A DNA stretch of 64,000 nucleotides, taken from the NCBI GenBank assembly GCA_965228475.1, contig OZ245817.1, forward strand, positions 2,688,001 to 2,752,000, read 5' to 3'. Below the pieces are notes generated by a model that saw nothing but the letters and a program-made list of their open reading frames with translations, was not told the origin of the DNA and made no database searches. The DNA comes from Myxococcota bacterium. GTDB lineage: Bacteria > Myxococcota_A > UBA9160 > JAFDDA01. Positions within the stretch are counted from its first letter, which is position 1, and each line of letters starts with the position of its first letter. Shown here piece by piece: positions 44,276-52,802 of this stretch. The translations under genes and the position numbers were made by a program.

Positions 44276-45108
44276 GCGCGGCGGCGCTCTCGGGGCACGG
44301 CGGCCACGGCCAGGACCAGGAGCCACACCAGGGACGGCTCGGGCACGGCGCGGTAGACCCGGACCCAATCGACCGTCATGCGCGCCGCGCTCTCCTCGCG
44401 GGCGCCGAAGCCTCCGCTCGGTACGGTGTTGATCAGGCTGCTCTCGACCTCGGAGCTCAGGATCATGTACTGGGCGCGCTGGGAGATCGGCTGGTCCGAC
44501 GCGTCCCAGACGAGCGCGTCGTCCACGTAGAACCGCAGCACCGTCGGCGTCCACTCGAGCGCGAAGGTGTGGAAGCCCTCGGCCAGGGCGGGCATCGACG
44601 TCGGCTGCACGACGAACTGATGGTCCGCGCCGTAGCCGTCCCAGTGGAGCCCGCCGTTCCAGATCGGTTCGCTGCCCACGGTGGTGAAGAGGTCGAACTC
44701 GACGATGTCCATCTCGACCCCGGCCCGCTCCGGGTCGCCGATGAACTGTCCCATGTCCGGGCTTTGCAGCCAGAAGGCCGACCACATGCCCGGCATGTCG
44801 TCGAACTCGATGCGCGCCTCCCACCAGCCGTAGCGCTGCTCGAAGAGGCCCTGGGTCCCGATCATGCCGGTGTAGTGGACGCCGCCTTCGGTCCAGGTGT
44901 CGATCGTCAGGTGGCCGCCGCCCACCTGCACCGCCTCGGGGACGTTCACGGCGTCCCGGCGCGGCCCGGGCAGGCGCTGGCTCCAGATCGAGGCGTCGAG
45001 CGCCGTGCCGTCGAAGTCGTCGGCGAGGACGAGTTCGTAGCCCGCGGGCACCGCCCCCGCGGCGCGGGCGAATCCGACCAGGAGGAGCAGCAGGAGCACG
45101 CGGCGCAT
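44272..45108 (-). CDS. Glycoside hydrolase family 16 with PEP-CTERM tail
   Basis: Signal peptide; DDFDG...LD, YGWWEAR, WSAFWL, catalytic EMDIVE, FHTFALEW, VDWVRVY; VPEPS-TM-RERRRA. Confidence 0.88.
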   Translation of the reverse strand: MRRVLLLLLLVGFARAAGAVPAGYELVLADDFDGTALDASIWSQRLPGPRRDAVNVPEAVQVGGGHLTIDTWTEGGVHYTGMIGTQGLFEQRYGWWEARIEFDDMPGMWSAFWLQSPDMGQFIGDPERAGVEMDIVEFDLFTTVGSEPIWNGGLHWDGYGADHQFVVQPTSMPALAEGFHTFALEWTPTVLRFYVDDALVWDASDQPISQRAQYMILSSEVESSLINTVPSGGFGAREESAARMTVDWVRVYRAVPEPSLVWLLVLAVAAVPRERRRA

Positions 45109-45169
45109 GCCGGGGAGTGTCCTCGAGGCGCCAGCGGGTGGCAAACGCGGGCGGGCCCGGGCGAGGCTA

Positions 45170-45898
45170 CTAGGCGGCGCCCGGGCGGCTCTCCACCATC
45201 AGGTCGTAGACCCGGCCGTGGGCATCGGAGCGGATCGCCTCGGCCATCATGCCGTCGCGGTCGCACTCCCGTGCCGCCGCGACCAGCCGCTCGAAGACCC
45301 GGATGAAGTTCGCGGAGTGCCGCGTCCGGACCTCGGTGCTCCAGAAGAGCTCCCCGGCATCCTCGCCCCGGAACACCAGGGCCATCATCAGCCGGCTGAA
45401 CGTCGAGTGGTCACCCTGCCCGATCTGCGCCCAGAGCTCGGCCGTCGCCTCGTTGGGGTTCGCATCCCCCTGGCTCGACATCCAGAGGAAGCCCGTGATC
45501 ACGCCGAGCTGGTTGGTCACCATGCGGGCGACCTCCATGAACGTATCCTGGCGCGCGTGCATCTCGTTCGCGGCGATGGCCCGGGCCTGGATCTCCGCCT
45601 GCTCCGCGCTCCGCTGCAGAGCCTCGTACTGCTTGCGGATGGCGAGGGTGTTCTCCGAGAGCTGCCGCTGCTGGAGGAAGAAGCCGATCACCAGCCAGAG
45701 GAACGCGAGCGGGGCGAAGGCACCTTCGAGGAACCCGCCGAGATCCGGCGCCGGCTGACGGGCGAAGTCGAGCCAGCCCACGACGTTCGCGATGTAGAGG
45801 AAGCCCAGCAGGATCCACACGAGCGTGACGCCGAGACCGAGGGAGAGCCGCCAGTCCCGCTCCTCTTCGCCCGAGACCTCGACGGCCCGTTCGCTCAT
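45170..45898 (-). CDS. Hypothetical 2-TM membrane protein with coiled-coil
   Basis: GGAGG RBS; LGGFLEGAFAPLAFLWLVIGFFLQQRQL, followed by a helical region. Confidence 0.75.
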   Translation of the reverse strand: MSERAVEVSGEEERDWRLSLGLGVTLVWILLGFLYIANVVGWLDFARQPAPDLGGFLEGAFAPLAFLWLVIGFFLQQRQLSENTLAIRKQYEALQRSAEQAEIQARAIAANEMHARQDTFMEVARMVTNQLGVITGFLWMSSQGDANPNEATAELWAQIGQGDHSTFSRLMMALVFRGEDAGELFWSTEVRTRHSANFIRVFERLVAAARECDRDGMMAEAIRSDAHGRVYDLMVESRPGAA

Positions 45899-45960
45899 CC
45901 GATCCTCCCGGCGCCGGCGCATCCGCAGACGCGTCGTGACGCGGAAGAACGCTAACGGGT

Positions 45961-47838
45961 TCAGTCGAGGATTCGCCAGACCGCCGAGGCGCAGAACACG
46001 GCGAGCAGGTCCTCGTCGACCCGGCCTCGCTCGGCCTCGGCGTGGAGGATGTCGAGGGCCCTCTCGCGGGGCAGCGCGCGCTTGTAGGGCCGGTCGGCGG
46101 CGGTGAGCGCGTCGTAGATGTCGGCGATCGTGAGCATCCGGGCTTCGATCGGGATTTCGCCCCCGGCCAGTCCGCGGGGGTAGCCCGAGCCGTCGAGCTT
46201 CTCGTGGTGCGCCGAGGCGATCGCGTCCACGCGCCCGAGGTCGCGCGTCCAGGGGATCTGCGCGAGGAAGCGGTGGGTGTAGAGCACGTGGGATTGGATG
46301 GCCTCGCGCTCCTCCTCCGTGAGGCTCCCGCGCTCGACGGAGAGGAAGGCGACGTCGGTCTCCTCGAGCAGCGAGACCATCTGGCCGTCGGCGCCCACGA
46401 GCCGGTGGCGCGCGACCTCGGCGAGCTCGGCCGGGGCCTCGTCGGGCAGCACCCGGGGCTCGTTCGCCCGGGCCACCGCGGCCTGGAAGCGCGAGAGCTT
46501 TTCCCTCTCGTTTTCGCGGACTTGCTCGAGGTTCTTCTCGAACAGCTCGAAGCCGGCCTCGCCGCACTCGAGCAGGTAGCGGGCGCGCTCCCGCTGAAGG
46601 TTCGTCTCGAGGATCTCCGCCGCCTGTTCGAAGCGCGCGGCCACCCGGACCTCGCGGTCGCGCGGGAGCTTGCGGTCCTTCCCGAGCACGGCCTCCGGGA
46701 CGAAGACCTTCCCGAAGTCGTGGAGCAGCGCCGCGTAGCGCAGCTCCCGAAGCGCCTCGCGTCCGAAGGAGAGCCCGCCGAAGACGCGGCTTCCGCTGCG
46801 GTCCACGCGCCGGGCGAGCTCGCAGGTCATGTCCGCGACCCGCGCAGAGTGGCCCGACGTCCCCGGATCGCGTTGGTCGATCGCCGAGACCGAGGCCCGG
46901 ATGAATCCTTCGAAGAGCGCCTCGATGTCCTGGCGCAGGCGCTGGTTGTCGAGGGCGACCGCGGCCTGGCCGCCGAGCGCGCGCGCGAGGCGTTCGTCGC
47001 GGTTGGTGTACGCCCCGGCCTTCGGGTTCAACAGCTGGAGGACGCCGACGGTCTCGCCCGTCGGTTCGACCATGGGCACGACCAGCACCGCTCCCGTCCG
47101 GTAGCCGTTGGCGACGTCGAAGCGCCGGTCGAAGCGGTACGGGGCGCCCTCCGGAATCGCGTAGGCATCGTCGATGCGAACGGTCTCCCCGGTCGTGGCG
47201 GCGTAGCCCGCGAAGCTCGCGCGATCGAGGGGGATCGCGAAGTCCGGCGGGTCGAGCCCGGGGAGCGAATCGTTCTGGGTGAGCCGGAAGCGCAGGCGAT
47301 CCTCGTCCACCAGGTAGAGGGTTCCGGCGTCGCTCGAGGTGATCCGCCGGGCCTCGCTCAGGATCTTCCCGAGCAGCTCCTCCGCCGCGCCGACCTTCAT
47401 CAGGGCCGCACCGATCTGGGCGAGGCTCTCGACGTCGCGGGCGGCGAGCTCGTGCCGCTTGCGGAGCTTCGCCATGGAGAGCTGGCTGCGCGCGTGAAGC
47501 AGCCCGGCTTCGATGCCCGCGTTCAGGACCTCGGCGTTGCTTCCAGCGGGGAGGACGAGGAAGAGGCGTCCCGCGGACCGAGCCAGGCGCTCTGCCGCGC
47601 CCCCCTCGGCCACCACCACGACGCCGGCCGGCAGGGCCTGGAGCCGCTCGCGGCCGGCGCCCTCGAGCAGGGTGTCGTCGAGCAGCAGCAGCGCGGCAGC
47701 GTCCTCCGCCGTGCGGATCTGGGCGAGCCGATCGATGACCTGCCAATCCGAGGCGGGCGACGCCTCGGCGGCCGAACCACCGCGGAGGACGTCGGCCCAC
47801 CGGGCGCTCGAGAAGATCTGGACGGACGGGCGCTCCAC
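45961..47838 (-). CDS. GAF + HD-GYP c-di-GMP phosphodiesterase
   Basis: GAF (DAGTLYL, VGVLQLLN); TSGHSARVA, LLHDFGK, HHEKLDGSGYP, IADIYDALT...RPYK. Start uncertain. Confidence 0.9.
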   Translation of the reverse strand: MERPSVQIFSSARWADVLRGGSAAEASPASDWQVIDRLAQIRTAEDAAALLLLDDTLLEGAGRERLQALPAGVVVVAEGGAAERLARSAGRLFLVLPAGSNAEVLNAGIEAGLLHARSQLSMAKLRKRHELAARDVESLAQIGAALMKVGAAEELLGKILSEARRITSSDAGTLYLVDEDRLRFRLTQNDSLPGLDPPDFAIPLDRASFAGYAATTGETVRIDDAYAIPEGAPYRFDRRFDVANGYRTGAVLVVPMVEPTGETVGVLQLLNPKAGAYTNRDERLARALGGQAAVALDNQRLRQDIEALFEGFIRASVSAIDQRDPGTSGHSARVADMTCELARRVDRSGSRVFGGLSFGREALRELRYAALLHDFGKVFVPEAVLGKDRKLPRDREVRVAARFEQAAEILETNLQRERARYLLECGEAGFELFEKNLEQVRENEREKLSRFQAAVARANEPRVLPDEAPAELAEVARHRLVGADGQMVSLLEETDVAFLSVERGSLTEEEREAIQSHVLYTHRFLAQIPWTRDLGRVDAIASAHHEKLDGSGYPRGLAGGEIPIEARMLTIADIYDALTAADRPYKRALPRERALDILHAEAERGRVDEDLLAVFCASAVWRILD

Positions 47839-47943
47839 GGACGCTCTTTCGGCGAGACGGAGGCGGTGCCTGAGGCGCCCTGCCCGCTCCCAGCGGCGGC
47901 CTCGGCGCTTGTTCCGACCGTTGCGCCGTGAGAGCATCCCGCG

Positions 47944-48567
47944 ATGCGAAAGAGCCTGCTCTGGGGCATTCCCGGCCTCTTCTACCTGGCGTTCTGCCTC
48001 TGGTACACCGACCTCGGCGGGCCTCTCGAACCGGAAGAAATCGCGCAGTTCGCGAGCGAGTTCGAAGCCCTCGGGCGCAGCCCGGAGCAGGTCGCGAGCG
48101 TGCGGCGCTTCATGGAGGAGGACACGGGCCGCCAGTTCCTCATGCTGAACGCGCTCGAACTGGCGGCGAACCCCACGCCGCCGCCCGGGGCCGCGCCGGA
48201 CGCGAGCGCCGAGGACCTGATGGCCCACTACATGGAGCACATGTTCCGGGAACTCCTCAGGCGCGCGTGCCACCCGGTGGTGGCCGGCGACGCCGTCCAC
48301 CCGGCGATGGACCTCGTCGGCATCGAGAACGGGGAAGACTGGAGCCTCGGCGCCCTCATGCGTTACCGCAGCCGGAGGTCGCTGATGGAGATCATCACCA
48401 TGCCGGAGACCCTCGAGCGTCACGACTTCAAGATCGCCGCGCTCGAGAAGACCATCGCCTACCCCGTCGAGACGCGGGTCTACCTGGGCGACCTCCGGGT
48501 CCTGCTCGGCCTCGCGCTGCTCTCGGGAACGGCGCTGCTCGACCTCGCGACGAGCCGGCGCCGGTAG
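47944..48567 (+). CDS. DUF1330-like protein with terminal hydrophobic segments
   Basis: FLMLNAL...WSLGALMRYRSRRSLMEI...K.AALEKT. Confidence 0.6.
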   Translation: MRKSLLWGIPGLFYLAFCLWYTDLGGPLEPEEIAQFASEFEALGRSPEQVASVRRFMEEDTGRQFLMLNALELAANPTPPPGAAPDASAEDLMAHYMEHMFRELLRRACHPVVAGDAVHPAMDLVGIENGEDWSLGALMRYRSRRSLMEIITMPETLERHDFKIAALEKTIAYPVETRVYLGDLRVLLGLALLSGTALLDLATSRRR

Positions 48568-48577
48568 CCCGGCCCCC

Positions 48578-48650
48578 AGGACGCCGGGCGTTCCCCGGGC
48601 CCTAGGACGCCGGGCGTTCCCCGATCTCTCAGGACGCCGGGCGTTCGCCG
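48578..48650. repeat. Three 20-bp direct repeats AGGACGCCGGGCGTTC(C/G)CCG
   Basis: Copies at 48578, 48604 and 48631; the third is the 3' end of the oxygenase gene. Confidence 0.9.
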
Positions 48651-50101
48651 GCGTGCCAGAACGCGTGGGTGCCGCTGGCGATGCGCTCGGGCAGCGCCAC
48701 CTTCGCGACCGGGCCGGCCTCGGGCTGGGCGGCGTCGAAGATCCAGCAGGCGGAGCGGTCGTTCGGGACGTCCATGGTGAAGGTCACCAGATACCCATCG
48801 TCTTCGGCCCGGCTCCCGAGCCGCGGCGCCATCGCCGTTTCGCTCGCGTAGACGCCCTCGGGAAGCCGCACGACGGTCTCCGCGCCGGTCTCGTAGTCGC
48901 GCTTGATGATGCCCTCGAAGCCGAACCAGCCCTCGGCGGGCAGCGCGTTGTAGCTGTAGCGGTGGCGGCGGCCGCCGTAGCGGCCGTTGATCATCCCGAA
49001 CTCCTGGATGCGATCCGACAGGCGCTCTTCCTTCGTTTCCCCGGTGGCGAGATTGAACCGCCAGCGGTGGGCCCGCGCCTGCATGGAGTAGAGGTCGAGA
49101 TAGCGGAAGAGGTTCTGCTCGAAGCTCCAGCCCGGCACCCGCTGCGGGGACGGATCCGCCTGGAAGAACCCGTCGAGCACGACCTCGTCCCCATCTTCGT
49201 AGGCGTTCACCCAGTGGAGGACGAACGTGGGCTCGGCCTCGAACCAGCGGATCTCGTCGCTCCCCCCGCGCCGCGGGATCACGCCGAAGCGGGTCGGGAG
49301 CTCCGGGTAGAAGCGCGTGACGTGGTGGCCGCCCGCGAGCGCCTTCGGGTCCCAGAACATCGGGCAGTCGTTCACGATGGCGAAGCGCTCGGTGAAGGCC
49401 ATGTCGTGGGGAAGGCGCGGGCCGGGCAGCGGGACGTCGACGTAGTGGGCGAGCTGGCCCCGGGCGTCGAGGACGCCGTAGTGCATGTACGGCGCCTCGG
49501 TGCCGTAGTTGAAGAAGAGCATCTCGCCCGAGACTTCGTCGATCTTCGGGTGCGCCGAGACCCCCTCGGCCGGGAACCGGCCGCCGAAGTCGGCCTTGCC
49601 GGCGGGCTCGAGGCTCCACGGATCGAAGGCGTAGAGGTCGCCGCAGAGCCAGAAACTCGTGAGCGCCTGGCCGGCGTGCACGACGACGTCCGTGCTCGAG
49701 GCGTCCTTCATGTTGGGCCGCGCACCGAGCGTGCAGCTCCGCCGGGCCAGGCTCAGGTTCTCGGCCGCCCCGGCGTAGAGGGCGTGGCCGGCTTCGCGCT
49801 CGGCGCGGAAGCCGTCGGTCGGCACGAACCGGCTGCGGTAGACCGCCTCCCCGTCCGCGAAGGAGATGGCGTGGAGCAGCCCGTCCCCATCGAACGGGTG
49901 ATAGCGCTCGAGAGACGGGAGGAGCGGGTTCTCGGTGTTGCGCAGGTAGCAGCCCGCGAGGTCGTCCGGGATCTCGCCTTCGACCTCGAGGTCCCAGGCG
50001 TCGTATTCCTTCGACTGGGGCCGCCAGGCGCCGGTCCGGTACGGGTGGGTGTCGCCCTCGGGCAGGCCCGAGTCGAAGTGTTGGTGGACCTGGACCTTCA
50101 C
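48629..50101 (-). CDS. Carotenoid/stilbene cleavage oxygenase (RPE65 superfamily)
   Basis: GEIP.DL.G.YLRN, HPFDGDG and four Fe-ligand His contexts (SAHPK, PHDMA, LHWVNAYE, GTHAFW); EDDGY. Confidence 0.92.
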   Translation of the reverse strand: MKVQVHQHFDSGLPEGDTHPYRTGAWRPQSKEYDAWDLEVEGEIPDDLAGCYLRNTENPLLPSLERYHPFDGDGLLHAISFADGEAVYRSRFVPTDGFRAEREAGHALYAGAAENLSLARRSCTLGARPNMKDASSTDVVVHAGQALTSFWLCGDLYAFDPWSLEPAGKADFGGRFPAEGVSAHPKIDEVSGEMLFFNYGTEAPYMHYGVLDARGQLAHYVDVPLPGPRLPHDMAFTERFAIVNDCPMFWDPKALAGGHHVTRFYPELPTRFGVIPRRGGSDEIRWFEAEPTFVLHWVNAYEDGDEVVLDGFFQADPSPQRVPGWSFEQNLFRYLDLYSMQARAHRWRFNLATGETKEERLSDRIQEFGMINGRYGGRRHRYSYNALPAEGWFGFEGIIKRDYETGAETVVRLPEGVYASETAMAPRLGSRAEDDGYLVTFTMDVPNDRSACWIFDAAQPEAGPVAKVALPERIASGTHAFWHAGERPAS

Positions 50102-50149
50102 GGCTGCCTCCTGGCCCCGGCCGCGGCATGGGCGGCGGGCCCGGACAGC

Positions 50150-50701
50150 CTACAGGAACTTCCGGGCCATGCTGAGCACGTCGTCGAGGGCGGAGCCGTC
50201 GCCGTCGGCGTCGAGGAAGCCCGAGAGCGCCTCGAGGCCCGACCCGCCGGAGGCCGCCGGCGAAGCCGCCTGCGGGAACCCTCCCCCGCCGCGCTGTTGC
50301 TGCTTGCTCAGCGCCCCCATCGCCATGGCGGCGACCATCGGGAGCATCTTCTTCAGCACGTCGCTTTGGAGGCCGCTCTGTTGGGCCGCGCGGCCCGCGA
50401 CGTTCCGGCTGACGTCCTTGCTGCCGAAGACGTGGCCGAGGACGGCGTTACCATCCGCGCGGGTGGCCGCATCGCCGAGCACCTGCGGCTCGTCGACGTA
50501 GCGCTGATGCTGGCCCGACCGGAGGGCACCGAGCAGAGACTCGAGCCCTCCCGGCCGTGCCGCATTCTTCTGCAGACCTCGCCCGAGCCCGGGCAGCAGC
50601 GCTTCGATTCCGGTCTGGGCTTCGCGGCGCCCGAGCCCGAGGCTCTCGGCAACCTGACCCACGAGCTCCGGATTCCCCAGGATCGTTTCGGCGAGGTTCA
50701 T
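50150..50701 (-). CDS. DUF937 family protein
   Basis: GNAVLGHVFGSKDVSR, LKKMLP, C-terminal LDADGDGSALDDV. Confidence 0.85.
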   Translation of the reverse strand: MNLAETILGNPELVGQVAESLGLGRREAQTGIEALLPGLGRGLQKNAARPGGLESLLGALRSGQHQRYVDEPQVLGDAATRADGNAVLGHVFGSKDVSRNVAGRAAQQSGLQSDVLKKMLPMVAAMAMGALSKQQQRGGGGFPQAASPAASGGSGLEALSGFLDADGDGSALDDVLSMARKFL

Positions 50702-50704
50702 GAG

Positions 50705-51169
50705 TTATTCCGCCGCCGGAATGCGAAGCACCTGCCCCGGATAGATCTTGTCCGGGTCCGACAGCATCGGCTTGTTGGCTTCGAAGATGACGGGGTACTT
50801 CATCGCGTCGCCGTAGTGGGCCTTCGCGATCTTCGAGAGCGAATCGCCGCTCACGACCGTGTAGAAGGTCGCCTCGGGCTCCGGCGTCTCGACCGAGATG
50901 CGGTCGTCGACCTTCGCGATGCCCTTGGTGTTCCCGGCGATCAGGATCGCCTTCTCGCGGTCCGCCTGGCTCGCCACGCTGCCGTTCAGGACGGCGGTGT
51001 CGCCATTGACCTCGATCTTCAGCCCCTCGATCTCCAGCCCGTTCGCCGCGATCGCCTCGGCGATCGTGCCGCCGGCGGCTTCCTGCGCCTCGGCGCTCCC
51101 ACCCAGCAGATCGCCAGCCGCGCCTCGCAGCTTCTCACCGGCTTCCTTCACGAAATCGAACAGTCCCAT
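50705..51169 (-). CDS. kbp: BON-LysM protein (Kbp/YgaU-like potassium-binding protein)
   Basis: MGLFDFVKEAGEKL, AGNTKGI, YTVVSGDSLSKIAK.YG...Y..IFEANKPMLSDPDKIYPGQVLRIP; GAGGAGG RBS. Confidence 0.88.
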   Translation of the reverse strand: MGLFDFVKEAGEKLRGAAGDLLGGSAEAQEAAGGTIAEAIAANGLEIEGLKIEVNGDTAVLNGSVASQADREKAILIAGNTKGIAKVDDRISVETPEPEATFYTVVSGDSLSKIAKAHYGDAMKYPVIFEANKPMLSDPDKIYPGQVLRIPAAE

Positions 51170-51243
51170 TCTTCCTCCTCGAAGTTCGGATCCGCCCAGG
51201 CCCGGCGACGTCGCTCGGACACGCGCTCGCCGCGCCGGGATCC

Positions 51244-51314
51244 GATTCCTCCAATGCAGGCTACCGCGGGTCGGTCACCGACGGGCCGCGAAAGCAGCCT
51301 GCTCCGTCGGAATC
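51244..51314 (-). other. Candidate structured RNA element (nested hairpin) in the divergent intergenic region
   Basis: Minus strand: GAUUCC/GGAAUC, GCAGGCUGC/GUAGCCUGC, CGCGG/CCGCG and GUCGG/CCGAC helices, all nested. Confidence 0.4.
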
Positions 51315-51452
51315 CGCCCGAGGAGCCCGGCCGGCCGTCGTTGCGCGTCCGTTTCCCATCGCCCGAACCCGGCATCCGTCCCTGCTAGGCTACGGCCCAT
51401 ACGGCCCCACAGAAACCCTTCAGTACGAGCCCGTTTCCGGCGATCCCGAGTC

Positions 51453-52802
51453 ATGGCCCAACCGAGCACTTCCCAGCAGACCCGACCCCGAGCCACGCCC
51501 GCCGCGGCGGATCTGCCGGACCTCGTCTCGGTCGTGATTCCCGCCGCGGACGAGGCCGAGAACGTCGGCCCGCTGCTCGAGCGGCTGCGCCCGGTGCTCG
51601 AGGCCGGCGCCAAGGCCCACGAGGTCATCATCATCGTCCCGCGCCCGGACGACCCGACCGGCGAGGCCGCTCGCAGCGCCGGCGCCTCGGTGATCGTGCA
51701 GAAGCGCCCGGGCTACGGCGGCGCTCTCAAGGAAGGCCTGCTCGCGGCCACCGGCGACTACGTCGTCACCATGGACGCGGACCACTCGCACCCGCCCGAG
51801 AAGGTCGCGGATCTGCTCGCCCACCGGGACGACGCGGACATGGTCGTCTGCTCGCGCTACGTCGGCGGCGCCGCGCCCGAGGCCAGCGGCTGGCGGAACT
51901 TCCTCTCCCGGGTGCTCAACCTGATCTACTCGCGCGCCCTGGCCACGCCCGTGCGCGACACCTCGAGCGGGTTCCGGATCTACCGCCGCCGCGCCCTCGA
52001 AGAGCTCGACCTCTGGGGCGAGAAGTACGACGTCCTCCAGGAGATCCTGGTGAAGATCCACTGCCGCGGCTGGCGGGTCACCGAGATCCCCTTCGACTAC
52101 CAGCCGCGCGCCGCCGGCGAATCTCACGCGCAGCCCGTCGCCTTCGCGCCGCACTTCCTCGCGACGCTCTTCCGCCTGTTCCCGATCCGCAACCACTTCA
52201 CGGCGGCGGACTACGACTCGCGCGCCCACGACAGCATCATCCCGCCCCAGCGCTACTGGCAGCGCAAGCGCTTCGAGATGGTGAACCGGCTCGCCGGATC
52301 GCGCGGGAAGCGCATCGACGTCGGCTGCGGCTCGAGCCGGATCATCCAGTCGAACCCGGGCTCGCTCGGGCTCGACATCGAGCAATCGAAGCTGCGCTTC
52401 CTGCGCGCGACGAACGCGCTGCTCGTGCGCGGCAGCGCCTACGACCTGCCCGTGCCCGACGAGAGCTTCGACGTTGCCGTGAGCTCCCAGGTGATCGAGC
52501 ACATCCCCTACGACCGGCGCCTGTTCACCGAGCTGAACCGCGTCCTGGTGCCCGGGGGCGTTCTCGTGATCGGCACGCCGGACTACGGGCGCGTCCAGTG
52601 GCGAACGATCGAGTGGCTCTACAAGGTCCTCATGCCGAACGGCTACGGCGACGACCACATCACCCACTACACGCGCCAGAGCCTGATCGAGGAGCTCGCC
52701 GCCGCGGGGTTCGCCACGGAGTCCTACGAGTACATTCTCGGCGGCGAACTCGTCGTGAAGGCGACCAAGCGCGAGGGGCTGCCCGCAGGGGCCCCCGCTT
52801 GA
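51453..52802 (+). CDS. GT2 (polyprenol-phosphate glycosyltransferase, DPM1-like) fused to class I SAM methyltransferase
   Basis: SVVIPA.DE, GYGGAL, TMDADHSHPP, SRYV, DTSSGFR; then IDVGCGS, SQVIEH, RVLVPGG, GTPDY. Confidence 0.88.
   Translation: MAQPSTSQQTRPRATPAAADLPDLVSVVIPAADEAENVGPLLERLRPVLEAGAKAHEVIIIVPRPDDPTGEAARSAGASVIVQKRPGYGGALKEGLLAATGDYVVTMDADHSHPPEKVADLLAHRDDADMVVCSRYVGGAAPEASGWRNFLSRVLNLIYSRALATPVRDTSSGFRIYRRRALEELDLWGEKYDVLQEILVKIHCRGWRVTEIPFDYQPRAAGESHAQPVAFAPHFLATLFRLFPIRNHFTAADYDSRAHDSIIPPQRYWQRKRFEMVNRLAGSRGKRIDVGCGSSRIIQSNPGSLGLDIEQSKLRFLRATNALLVRGSAYDLPVPDESFDVAVSSQVIEHIPYDRRLFTELNRVLVPGGVLVIGTPDYGRVQWRTIEWLYKVLMPNGYGDDHITHYTRQSLIEELAAAGFATESYEYILGGELVVKATKREGLPAGAPA

Noticed and set aside
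48578..48650. Three direct repeats as a mini-CRISPR
   Set aside because: Spacers are only 6-7 bp, one copy is coding sequence, and no cas genes are present.
51256..51302. SRP RNA or c-di-GMP riboswitch (CAGG...AGCAGCC, GAAA loop)
   Set aside because: Spacing and helix layout do not fit the SRP domain IV or c-di-GMP-I consensus; kept only as an unassigned structure.
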